The notes under the pieces were generated by a model. It worked only from the letters and a program-made list of their open reading frames with translations, made no database searches and was not told where the DNA came from. A program made the position numbers and the translations under genes. A DNA stretch of 58,231 bases, the filler included, from Bipalium vagum (Eukaryota): assembly GCA_037834085.1 (NCBI GenBank). It is 3 parts of 3 records of this genome, joined end to end, with 100 filler letters (N's around TTAATTAATTAA, not from the genome) between each part and the next. Parts side by side here need not be neighbours in the genome. Positions count along the whole stretch, not along the records: positions 40,584 to 58,231 come from JBBMKC010057572.1; 2 more parts are not named here. One strand, given 5' to 3'. The stretch's first letter is position 1, and every line of letters starts with the position of its first letter. Shown here piece by piece: positions 41,575 to 54,200 of this stretch.

Positions 41575-42240
41575 CAATATGACAGATTTTATAATATAAA
41601 TGAATCCAATATTAGGTCATGGAAGATGATTGAAGATGTGTTAAGGGAAATTCCAAAAACCAAACGAGCGATGAGAGCAAGGCCAGTTAAGTATCAAGAA
41701 ATCAAAAGAAAGTTCAAAATTTCTGTTTTGAATATGAGAGAAAAAGGAATAAGAATTTCTACTGTGGATTTATTACGACAAGCCAAAATAATTGCTTAAA
41801 AAGATGGAATTTCTGATTTTCAGAGTCAAGTTTCTCCGGGATTTATTTTTATGAGGAGGAATAAGCTAGCAATTAGAACAGCAACAAGCATCAGTCAAAA
41901 GCTACCAACATTTTTTGGCCCAACATAGTTTGAATGTTGAAGATGAACATGTTGGGAAAATGGATTGCTATTTCGTTTGATATTCCTTCTTCGAGAACCG
42001 TAAATTTAAAAGATATTTCAATCACTACTTCTGGTAATGAAAAAATAACTTTACTGTAGTTTTTGCAGTTACAAAAGATTGCTCAATACTTCCTCTTCTT
42101 GTTATATTTAAAAGAAATACTGTACCAAAAGTTCATTTTCCAAAAGGGATATTGGTTCAAGCTAATGAAAAAGGTTGGATGAATAAAGATATGATGTATT
42201 TCTGGTTGAACAACGTTTGGAAAAACGTAAGAATTTTTTT
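41575..42240 (+). mobile_element. pogo (POGK-like, CENP-B HTH plus DDE_1) transposase remnant
   Basis: YNINESNIRSW, FMRRNKLAIRTATSISQKLP, FDIPSSRTV, TSGNEK..FTVV, IFKR, NEKGWM...M..WL..VW. Confidence 0.85.
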
Positions 42241-42270
42241 AATAAAAAAATTTGCCCATTTGAGCAAATT

Positions 42271-42900
42271 AACATGGTGACCAAATTAGCAGACCTTTTA
42301 GTGGAAAGAAATGCTGAATCGTTCCGATAATCTAGAAGTATTCATCAACCAATGCCACCAATATTTCGATGTTTTAAACAAGGCCAAGGAAATTAAAGAT
42401 GCTCTTAGATGGGATCGGGGAATAGGAAATAAACAACAAACTTGGCGTATGGATTTGAAGCTCGATTGCGTCTAGCGTTTACCAAAGAAAAGAATATAGT
42501 GACATATTGGGCAGAATTACTGGAAAACATACGTGATTCATAGTATTCTGACTTTTTTTAAAAGGTCAAAAAAGTGATGGAGCACTAGTTAACGGAACAT
42601 GACATAGTTAACAGAATTTTTGCATTCATAAACAACAACATCAGCAGAGATGCTGAAATGAGTTAAAAGAAGACCGTTGAGGAAATTAAAAATTTAATGG
42701 TTAAATTGAAAAATTTTGATAAGAAAAAAAGCCATATAAATTCGTTATAAAGCTGGCAAGGAGAAGTGATAAGATGAACTGGGCAGAGAGAGCCAAACAG
42801 AATCCTACCACGATGTAAAAAAGATGTACATAGGGAAGGATTGAGTCGATTACAGTACACTTCTAGAATCAATCTGTAATGGTACAATAGAAATTGTTAA
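42271..42900 (+). mobile_element. Possible LTR-retrotransposon PBS plus gag remnant
   Basis: AACA|TGGTGACC junction followed by decayed coding-like sequence (LEVFINQCHQYF, FEARLRLAF). Confidence 0.35.
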
Positions 42901-44699
42901 TTACCTCTTCTCGAAAGTTACTTTAAAAGAATTTTTTCCATGCAGATTCTGTTCTAAGCCAATCTGTCAGCAAAACCAATTAAAAATGTTTCATTTTTAT
43001 GGATTACGTTTAATTATTTATGAAATTTTAAACAATTTAAAAGTTGTTTAATTCAAAATTAAATCTTTGATTAAAAAAATCTACATTTCAAATTTGAAAT
43101 TAAAGTTTTTTAACTAAAAAAATAGGAATATACATAAAAATTATTTAAAAATATATTTTTAAAAAAATATCTTGTTTTTATAAAAAATTGTGTAAAATTA
43201 ATAAATTATTCTCAAATTTAAAAAGCAAAAAATTTTTATTAATTATCAAATATTAAACCAACATTTTTAAATATTTAACACATTTTAAAAAAAATTTAAA
43301 CTTATTTAAAAAATATTTTTATCTATTTTAAATAGATTTTTAAAATTTTATTTTAAATATTTTTTAAAATATTAAAATATTATTAATAATATTATTTAAA
43401 TATTAGAATATTAAAAAATAATTAGAAAACAATAAAAAATTAGAAATAATAATTATTTTTTGAAAAATTAACTTTCAAAAATAATAAAATATATTAATAA
43501 AAACAAAAAATTAAAACATTTTTACACTAAAAAATATAATTATAATTATTCAAAAATATAATTAAATTAGTAAACATTTCAAAGATATCTGATAATATTA
43601 AGAAAATATAATTAATGAATAATTTTTTTATAATTAATTAGAATTGAATCATAAACGTCACGAGAAAAAAAATCTTTCAGGATAGAAATTTAAAATTTAA
43701 TATAAATAAAGGAAAAAGTTGCAGGATTGTAAAGCTTGAATAAAAAATTTGTGAAGTAAATAAAATATTATTTCTCGTTAAGTATAAATGGTCAGACGCG
43801 ATCTGCACCAGCCATTCTCACTCTACTACAAAATTAGATCATTTATGTACCATATTTTTGTGTACACCTCTTTTTATATATAACCCTATTTTATATACAT
43901 TAATCAATTTATTTGCATTTCTTTATATACTACTTATGTATTATAACCAACAAATCCTCATATAACAGCTCATATGTTTCTTTTATATATTACTGTTGTT
44001 TTTTAAGTTTGGTATTAAAATTATGAAAGATTACTGCTTTTCGATTGCTCAAAGTCGGATATTTTGACAAGTAGCAGCATCTACTCCAGTACTTTTCTGC
44101 TGTTATTGTTTCATTCGTGCAAGAAGTCCAGAAATGAACAATTCATCTGAAGTCCTACCAAGCAAAACTTTAATTGGATGTAGGCCAGATTTTGTAACTT
44201 ATACGTCCTTTTAAGACTTATGTAATTTTACAGATAATTATCATTATTTACATTTCCAGCAATTGGTGTTAACCTTTACAAAATACATTTTACTCTTTTT
44301 ATAAGTCTTTGATTGTTATGTTAAAATATTAGTGTTCATATTTTAACATTTTTTATTTTTAATTTTTTTTACAATTTTTATTAACCATATATCATCAGAT
44401 CAGCAGTAGATACTCACAAAAATGGTAAATATTCTTAGAAATAATGATAAAATACAAATCAGGAAAAATTGTAATTAAAAGAAATCAGTTTAAAAAGCAT
44501 AAATTAATCATTTGAAATATTTTTGTTACATATTAAATGTCATCTGAAAAATATTTTTATTTTTCAAAGTCTCATGTAATTGTGTACTGAACTTAATCAC
44601 ATTAATTATTCGTTTCATTAAATAAAAATCACTGTACGATTTGTTTTGTTAAGTTAAAAGTGCTTACGTTTAGTAACCAATCAACAATTGATATTTTAA

Positions 44700-47600
44700 A
44701 TGGATCGATTTATAGTGAACAATAATTCTGCAAAAGCTGTGGACGAATATTTAGAATATAAACGGTAAATATATTTCGAGTGTTTTTTAAAATGTCTCTC
44801 ATTATGTCTTCAATGAAAATGAGCTGCTTAGTTACATAATGGAGGCATGTGGGAAATTTAATATTTGAGCTGGTTAATAAATATTTAAAAATGGTATATT
44901 GTGCTCAAATTAACTAACTTTTTAGAAGAAACACGTGATAAATAATATTTAATAAAATAAGATGATTCAGTGTTATAATTTTGGTTTTTATAAATTATTT
45001 AAAATAATTTATGTTACCTGTAACGTCGTTTTCTCTAACTTTTTATAAAATTATGAGATCTCGCTTATTACTTTTTTTCATATCTCATGATCATTTGGTA
45101 ATTTAGAAAATTATACTTCAGAAATTAATTTATTATTCTAAATGTTCACATTGTGCATCAAATTCATTCAATCTTATTATTGCATTAATGAAAATTAAAA
45201 CAGTCAAAAATGTGAATGGAGATTCGAATGATACTTAGTTTTTGTTACTTGTTTATGTAAATGTGTAAAGCTAGCATTATTATCTGAGCTTAGCGGGTGT
45301 CTTAAATTAAAATGTTGATAAAGAGAGATAAATACCTTCTGAACTAAAAATATTTTTTGTCGTAAATGTTCTTAAATCATTTACGAAGAAACCCTTTCTC
45401 TATTTCAAAATATTTGTGCTAGTATAGAAATTTTTCAAAAATTAATAAATTTGCTACTACTATTTTTTAATTTGTCAAATATGAAAAGGATTTTGAAACT
45501 TATGTCACTTGAAATGATTGAATATCATAAGTTGTTTATAATTCTTAATAGGTCTCATTTAATAATTAAGTCTTAAAATTTATAATTTTATTAACTATTA
45601 TATTTAAACTTAAGAAACTACTTTAACACTATTCTTGAAAATTCTCACATTTTTGTTTTACAAAGTAATCTCAATTCTTCCGTATAAAGTTGGATGGTCA
45701 ATGCATTTAAAATTAACTATTTTTCGACATATTAACAAATTACTTGCATTCACATTAAATTAAAAATTTTCAAATAATGGTACAGCAGCACTCTTATCTC
45801 AAATTTTGTAGAATTTATCTTAATCACAAGATTTGAAAAATTATTTATTGAAATTCAAAATCTTACAGTCAATATTTAAACAAATGATAAATTGCTACAT
45901 AAATGAAAATATACATTTTACACATAAAATGTAGCTATTAAATTTGGATTAACGACGCCATTAATCAAGGTACCATTGTAATAACTAATAAACGATTAAA
46001 ATGCTAATTTATATTAAATGGGATGAAATTTCAACAAAATATTTTTGAATATCTCAATATTTGAATATTTAAAATCACCTTATGACAAAGTTTGAAGTAA
46101 ATATTTACTAATAATGATATCAAATATTATATTCAAAATTATAGACTATTTTCATTTCACTCAATATTTTCAAAAAATTTCTAATAAATATAAACGTAAT
46201 CTAAAGAAGATAAATCAAAGGTCTTTTTGTTTTAACGTATCAATTTAACATAAATAAATTCCATGGAACACATTCGAGTGACAAAAGATCAACAACGTGG
46301 GATAGATGAGTATCTTCAATACAAAAGGTATAAAAGTATTTATGATAATGTATTTTGCAAAGTATTTGTATATTTTTAATCTGTTCTACTAATTTTTTTT
46401 AGAATTGTTGGCAACGATGATGGTGGTGTTTTGTTCACACCGGAGCAATATGAAGAATATAAGAAAAAAGTTATTCCGATGGTAAGCACTATTTTTATTA
46501 TTACTCTTAACTAAATCTGTTATTTTTTCTATATTTTTATTGATATATTTAAATTTATTATGAATTTTATTTTGATTGGATTCCATTAAATTTTTTTGAT
46601 ATTTCAACCGTTTGATAAGGCTTATATGTACTTTGAAATGATTGGTAGCTTTTGCAATTGATGCTGATTGGACATATTGAACTTAAATTCCAATGTTATG
46701 TATTTCTTTTATTTCCTAGCAATCATTTTTCGCTGTAATTACTTATTTCCAAACAAAGTAATAGTAAACTGCTTAACCGATAAACATGGTTGTAAGTTGA
46801 AAATTAATCTGATAATGGGATTCACATGCGCATGGAAAGCTCTGATCGCTGATTATATGTTCTTAAAAATAGTACTGAATGAATATTGGATCACTCCGAT
46901 TGGATATATTCAAAAAGTAACTAAAGAACAGTTAAACCGTTTTAAATTAATTATTGTAAATTAATTACTATGAAGATTAACGAAATTTATAAAAAAGTGA
47001 AATTTTGATCATAAATGTGATCATAAGTTATTTGTGATTCATGACTAAACTCTTACTTTATCTCTTGAAGAAATCATTTCCTGGCCTAATATTGTAAGAG
47101 TTAATTTTTTAAATATTAAAATTTCAGAGAATGGCCAATCGTATATATATTAGTTGGACAAATCCTCAAGGAATGGATTGCATACTTCCTGGTCCGCAAA
47201 CGGAGTGTTTTTGTCAGCACCGCTTAATTGATCATAAAACAGACTTTGATGAAATACCACAAACGCGACCAATAATGATTCCCTGTCAGTCCTGTAACTG
47301 CAAATCATTCAATTATATGGTAAAAATGTCCGGACAACCATGTCGATGTCACTGCAAGCATGAGCCAGCCAGTCATTTAAAAGTATTTATATTGATTACT
47401 CATTATTATTATTAACATCATGATCATTAATTTTATTAATATTTTTACATTATTTATTTAGAAATGGGCGCTTAAATAAATAACATTTATTATTTCATAT
47501 ACCACTAAAAGCCTCGCATATTATTTTTTATGTATGTTTTTCTCGTTTATATTAAGTTTTTATTGTATGTAAGTATCGTCAGTGAAAATCACTTATTTCC

Positions 47601-50600
47601 AGAAGGTTTTCTTTGAACCTTCATTAATAGCTGCTTTTTCACAGGTCGCCTTGAAAATCTACCATATTTTATTAAAACATTCCGATTGGTTTTAAGTGTA
47701 ACTTCCGAAATTTGGGGTAGTTCTTATTGAATCTTTCTGGCAGTTAAAATAGGATTCCTTTTGCTTTTTCTTCGAACCATTTTCTAATCTCGTGCTGTGA
47801 GCTTCTCTTTACATCCACACCTGCCTTTCCTTTTCGGTACCACAATGCCTTCTATTTAGAATTTAAGAATTAATCTTGTCACAGTAGCCTTGAGAATCGA
47901 CAGTCTCCGGGAAATATCATTTCCAGCAAATTCTGCTAGATGTAACTCTTTGATCTTAGCTCTTTTCAGTACAAGTTTACTTTAACAACCCTGTTTTATA
48001 AGCAGACCAAGCATAACACAGAGTTATTTTTAGATTTTCTTTTATATAGGTCATTTATGTAAGTCTTTTTTTAAAAGTTTTTTTTAATAGTATGTAATAT
48101 AATATATGATAACAGGTTTTGTATTAATACCTATAAATTCAAATAATTTATTACTTCATAATTATTGTAAAATCATTATCTTTAACAAATGATCAATATA
48201 AATTATACGTATATATTGACTGGATGTTAAATTGTTATACAATAATTTAGTGTCTCAATTAATTTTTCCGATACTGTATATTTATAAATTTTAAGATTTA
48301 CAGGGTCTTCCAAAAGAAGCTTTACTACTTTAAGTCGCAATTTCTCCGTACATAAAAATTAAAAAGCCAAGTAATTCATGCTACCTTTATTTAAACACAG
48401 ATATTACAAAAATTTATATTTTAAATACGATTTTATTAAAATGACCGCCTCTGGCAGCCTTACAAGTTTGAGCTATTATTATGGAATTTTGGATAACTTT
48501 TTGGCATGTCAAATGAGATCATCGCGATTTGTTTCGAAATGTTGTCTTTGAGTTGTGTAATAGTTTTTTGGTTGATTAATATAAACTTTATCTTTTAGAT
48601 ATCCCCATAAGAAATAGTCTGGAACCGTCAAATCGCGAGATCTGGGAGGCCAATCAACATCATCGAAACGTGAGATCACGCCAGATGGAAAAGTTTCTTG
48701 TAATAATGCAATTGTTTTCCTATTTGTATGCGATGTGGCACCATATTACTGAAAGTAAATAATCTCCACATTAAAATCAATCAGATAAGGCTTAAGGAAT
48801 GTTTCTATCATGTGTCGATATCTCTCCCCCGTTACTGTAACTGTTTTACCTGCAGCATTTTCGAAAAAGTATGGACCTTGCCCATATTCAACATCATAAA
48901 GTAACTTTTGATGAATGTAATGCTTCTTCCTTCAGAATATAGGGTTGCTTTGTTGCTTAAATTCGACAATTTTGTTTATTAAAAACACTTTCACTCAAGT
49001 GAAAATGACTTTCATCAGTCTTAATGATTTTTTTCCAAAAATGAGGATCCGCAATTGATCTTTCTAACAACAAATTACAATAATTCAGGCTAATTTGATG
49101 GTCTGATTCTTTAAGCTTCTGAACTACGATAAGCTTATAGGCTTTCATATGCAAACCTTCATGCATTATCCACGACAAACTGGATTTTGAGAGGTTTAAT
49201 TCCTGCGCTCTATGACAGATTGAGGTGCATTTATTGTCTTCAATGCTTTCTCATGTACTTGCAATATTTTCAGATAAACGTGCAGATCGAGGTGTCCAGA
49301 TTTTGGTCTATCTGCTACCGAGCTAAGTGCTTCAAAAGCATTAACCAGACTGTAAATTGTTGGTTTTTATGGACATTTGTTTTTCCCAAATTTTGCATTG
49401 AACTACCGCTTTGATAAAATATTTTGACAATTTCTGCCCCTTTTTGCATATTATATAACGATCCATATTTAATTTTCAAATGTTTAGCTAGAATAATGTT
49501 AAATATTAATTTATTTAAACAAAAACTACTTGGTATTTTATATGTTAAAAGTAGTAAAACTTCTTTTGGAAGATCCTGTATATTAGTATTAATATTGATT
49601 ATTACGTAAAAGTAAAAATAAGGATTGCTTGGTGAATAAACTTATTTTATCAAGTGAAATTTATTAATTTTGGCTCATGTGAGTAACCGAAATCTTGTAC
49701 AATGCACACAAACAGTTTACAATTGTATTTCCTTTTGAAAAAAATAAAATTAATTCTGCAAACGTGAACTTGTGATTCTTTTTTGCAGATCAAACCGTAC
49801 TCTTGCACAACAAAAAACTGTAATTGTGCCGAATACAAGACCAGTTACACCTGTGACTGTGGCATGCCTGCCTATCAGCATACAATGATCGTAAATACAA
49901 TTGGACTGTTGATGTTTTTTTTAATTTACAACTTCGTGATCAGATCGAGACGAAAGACGAAAGGATAGCCAGAGGTCATCCAGTGGGACAAGACAACCCC
50001 TATAAAGGCATGGGCGGGATAACGGGATTCAGTTCATTGGCTGCTGGATATGAACGATTAGATCCCAGCGGAATCGGTGCACCTTCAGAAGAATTTCTCA
50101 ATCAACCAATTACTAATGATGACCATCCATTTTTACGGATGCACCTCGAAGGCATTCATCAATACAAAATGGCAACCAATGACATAAAAGGTAGAGGATC
50201 TGGATATTCTTTTGATTTCTATTGATTTAAAAATTTTATTTTAACTAAAAGTAGATTTTATTGATTATTATTTTTGATTTCCAGTTTTTTCAGTTTAAAT
50301 TTTTTTCACTTAAATTATTATAATTGATTTATTATTAATATTATTGATTAATTATTATTATTATTATTGATCAAAAAAACGATTGACACGAATTTACTGA
50401 TAGATACATTTAACAATTATCCTAACCTGTAGTTTTTTCTAATTTATTCTTCAGTGATCTTGAAAATCGTTTTTTATTGATTATTAATTGAATAGTTGGG
50501 AAACTTTTGAATTTTTTTATTTTTTTTAAGATTATTTTCTGATTTTTAGGGGCGATGATTGACAACGAAGAAAGAATGGCAGCCATGCGTCAACCTGGTG

Positions 50601-50792
50601 AATCTGAACTTGATTATTATGAAAGGCGATATAAAGAAAAAGTTGTTCTGTCCTTATTTCTCTCGATGGACAAAATAATACAGTTTTAATTTTTTGTAAA
50701 TTTAGGAAAAGAAAAAATATATCAAAGGTCCAGTGAGACCATCCATACAAGCATCCTCTAATCCTATAACCAGAGGAACACGGCGTCAGTAA
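44700..50792 (+). CDS. FAM221A: FAM221A family protein, 7 exons: 44700-44764, 46403-46481, 47128-47382, 49789-49890, 49944-50190, 50550-50641, 50706-50792 (927 nt, 308 aa)
   Basis: All introns are GT-AG and phases are compatible. Motifs: AVDEYLEYKRIVGNDDGG.LFTPEQYEEYK, GMDC..GP.T.CFC.HR, CRCHCKH, TCDCG.PAY.H, PY.GMGG.TGFSSLA.GY.RLD.SGIG, YYERRY. The last exon rests on splice signals only. Confidence 0.92.
47560..48278 (-). mobile_element. Tc1-like 5' remnant in FAM221A intron 3
   Basis: TA followed by CAGTATCGGAAAAATTAATTGAGACAC as the end; KRAKIKELH..ISRRL..PKRKGRCGCKEKLTARD..RRPVKKQLL. Confidence 0.75.
48301..49578 (-). mobile_element. Full-length (1278 bp) rosa/DD41D element with pseudogenised transposase, in FAM221A intron 3
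   Basis: 32-bp TIRs CAGG(G/A)TCTTCCAAAAGAAG(C/T)TTTACTACTTTT flanked by TA. Motifs TDESHFHL, NKQNCRI, GATSHT and WPPRSRDLTVPDYFLWGYLK; 41 residues between the second (mutated) and third catalytic positions. Confidence 0.93.
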
Positions 50793-51249
50793 ATTATATT
50801 CGATCGTAAATGTTATCAGATTTCAAAGTGATTTCATCTTTTTCATCTTTAGAAATTCTAAATTTCTCAAATCTTTTTTGAAAACAAGAATTGAAATTGT
50901 GCCATTCTTTGATAGCTCTTGATTGAAAATAGAATTTTTGAAAATATTTAAGTAATATTTCGATTTTAGCTAAGTTCGGCTTGAGACATTCTTCAACACA
51001 CAAAGGGGACCCCGTTTGTACCACCATTTTTTCCTCCCTCATTCGTATGCGTGCCGCCCGGCATACACGTTCATTTGTTCGTCAAAAACGTGTTTACAAA
51101 TAAGATTCCCTTTGTGTGGCATATAAAATTAATTTGTTTTTTCATACACATAAAATATACCAAAAATTAATAAAAATCAAAAAAATAATAAAAAATCAAA
51201 ACTTAAAATTTTTCTTTAAAAAACTGGCAACTGAAAATAATATTAATCA

Positions 51250-54200
51250 AAAAAGATAGCGAACCCAGAATTAATTATTGATGAATGGCAAGCTATAAAT
51301 AAAAACTTACCTTTTGAAAATTGTCCTTTGCCAGATAATTTATTTCACGATGATTTTAACCAGACAACAGAAATAGTAGATGATAATTTGATTCATTATT
51401 TAAATTCTCATTATTATAAAAAACATCTTGGTTCAGTTTTTCAATATAAGATTTCACCAGCAGATACAACTTCAAAAAATATTCGTAGTTGTTTAAATTT
51501 TATTTTAGAAATCGTTACAAATGATTCAGATAATTATAGAGTTAAACTAACACCTTTACATCCGATAATATATTCAAAACATGGTTCATTTCCTTTAACA
51601 AATAAAGATAATGTAATTAATTTATTATATTCCAAATTAGAAAAAATTTTATATTCTGCTAAAGAAGTAAATATTGAAGACGTAACTATTGAATCTTTAA
51701 TAATACCAATACCTCAAGGACAGGGAAAAAATTAATATTAATTATAATGGTAATAATTCTAAAAATTTAATATTATAAACGTTTGCAATATTACTATTAA
51801 TATAATACAAAATAATGATACACTTTGCTTGGCTAGGGCAATAATAACTTCTTTAACTTATGATAATTTCACAAATAAAAATTATTTAAACCTTGGAGAA
51901 AAAGAATAGAATTAGATATATTCCAAAAGGGAGATACAATTCAAGAAGAATGGGCTATAATATTACATAATGTGACAAAAGTAGAAATTAAAGAAAATCG
52001 TAATAATATTGATGATTTAAATTTAAGAATTATAGTTTATCATCACAATAATAATAATTCTATTTTATATAGAAACAATGAAAATTTTGAAAAACAAACT
52101 TTTATATTTTATGATCATGAAAATCATCATTTTATTTCAATTGCAAAAATATCAGATTTTTTAAAATCACAAAAATATTGTCACAAATGTTTGCTAGGAT
52201 TTCAAAATCAACATAGATGCGAAGTAGATAATGTTACAACTTATAGAAATTCAAAAATTTGTGAAAATTGTAAACAAGAATATTACAGTAGATCTGATCA
52301 TAGATGTGGTTGTAAAAATTGTCCAATTTGTAATGAAACTTATGAACCACCTTTTAATCAACATAAATGTTTTATGAAAAATAATGAAGGGCATTAACAA
52401 AGTAATAAATATTTATTTTTTGATTTTGAATCTATACTCAAGAAAATGCAGGTTATCATGAAATGAATTACGCAATAGCTTATGATACTGAAAGAAAAAT
52501 ATATTTTAAAATTGCCCAATTTCATATTTTAAAATTAAATTAGAATTAGAAAATTTAACAAATGAAAATATTCAAAAAAATATTGAATTTTTAATAGATT
52601 CAAACTCTTTTATCGATACCTTATGTAAATTTTTCATTAGTGAAGATTTCAAGCAATATACTTTTATAGCTCATTATGCAAAAGGTTATGATAATCCTTC
52701 AATATTAGGTTGGTTAATTAAAAATAAGTTGCCAGTTGAAAAATTGAGTTCTGGTAGTAAAATTACTTTTATGAAAATCAAACATTTTAATATAAGATTT
52801 ATTGATTATATAAATTTTACTTTATGCCCAGTAAAAAATTTTCCTAATACATTTGGTTTCAAGGGTTCAAAAGGATATTTTCCACATTATTTCAATACAA
52901 CAGAAAATCAAAATTATTTTAGTGTTTATCCAAATTTAGAATATTATGATTATAATTATATGAGTGAAAATTCAAAAGAAAAAAAATTATTAAAACATTG
53001 GCATGATGAAAAAATAAAAAATAATGAAATATTTAAGTTTCCTATTCAAATGTTTTATTACTGTTTAACTGATGTTATGATTTTATTAAAATGTTGTTCA
53101 ATTTATAGAGATATATTTTTAAATATAAATATATCAAAAGCTACCGAAGGTTTTAACAACAAAGTTGTTGATAAAAAAATAAATATGGATCCTTTTCAAT
53201 ATATAACAATAGCTCAAGTTTGTACACAAATATTCTTATTTATGATAAATGATAAAGATATTGGAATTCCAAGATTAAATAATTTTGAGGATGTATATTC
53301 TCATAAATGTATTCATTGGCTAAAATTTATAAGTAAAAAATTTAATCAAAATATTCAACATGCAAAAAAAGGAGGAGAAAAAATAATTAATGTCAATAAT
53401 AAATATTATAAAGCTGTTGATTATTATTATGATACAAAAACTAAAATTCATTATATCTATGAATTTAATAGTTGTTATTTTCACGGTTGTCTAAAATGTT
53501 ATGATAAAAAAGAAATGTGTAAAATAGGAAATAAAACAATGGAAGAATTATATAATAGAACTTTAGAAAAAAATAAAATTATAAACTATAATAAAGATTT
53601 TAATTTAAATTTACAATTTGTAGAATTATGGGAATGTGATTTCAAAAGCTTTTAAAAAATTCTGAATTTTAAAATTTTAAACTCGACCCAACATTATCTA
53701 CATTAAAACCAAAGGAAGCAATTTTTGGAGGAAGAGCTGAACCTATAAAATACATAACATAATGGAACACGTTGTTTGAAAAACACTCACACTCTAAAGT
53801 TAAACATGTAGATTGTTTTTCACTATATCCAACTGTAAATAAATATGATAAATATCTATTTGGACACCCAATAAAAATATTTAATATTACTCCAGAGGAA
53901 TTTTTTAAAAATGGTGTCATTTCTAATGACAAAGCTACGCGTAATTACTTTGGAATTATGAACTGTAAAATTTTACCACCAAAGAAATTATTACTACCAT
54001 TTCTACTTGTTACACAAGAATTTGGAAATGCTCATAAATTATTATTTGGTTTATGTAGAACTTGTATGGAAAAAATATATAAAATGTGATCATCACATAA
54101 AAAATAATAATTGTTCTAATTCTAAAAATTATGATCATATAATAAATAAATATGAAACTGTATGAAAAATAAATTTGATTTAAATCATTCAAAAAGAAAT

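Noticed and set aside
43000-43660. Extremely AT-rich tract
   Set aside because: Low-complexity sequence with no discernible periodic unit.
44040-44200. Minus-strand peptide LHPIKVLLGRTSDELFISGLL resembling DNA polymerase epsilon subunit 2
   Set aside because: Short, bounded by stops, with no consistent splice sites or further exons; could be chance.
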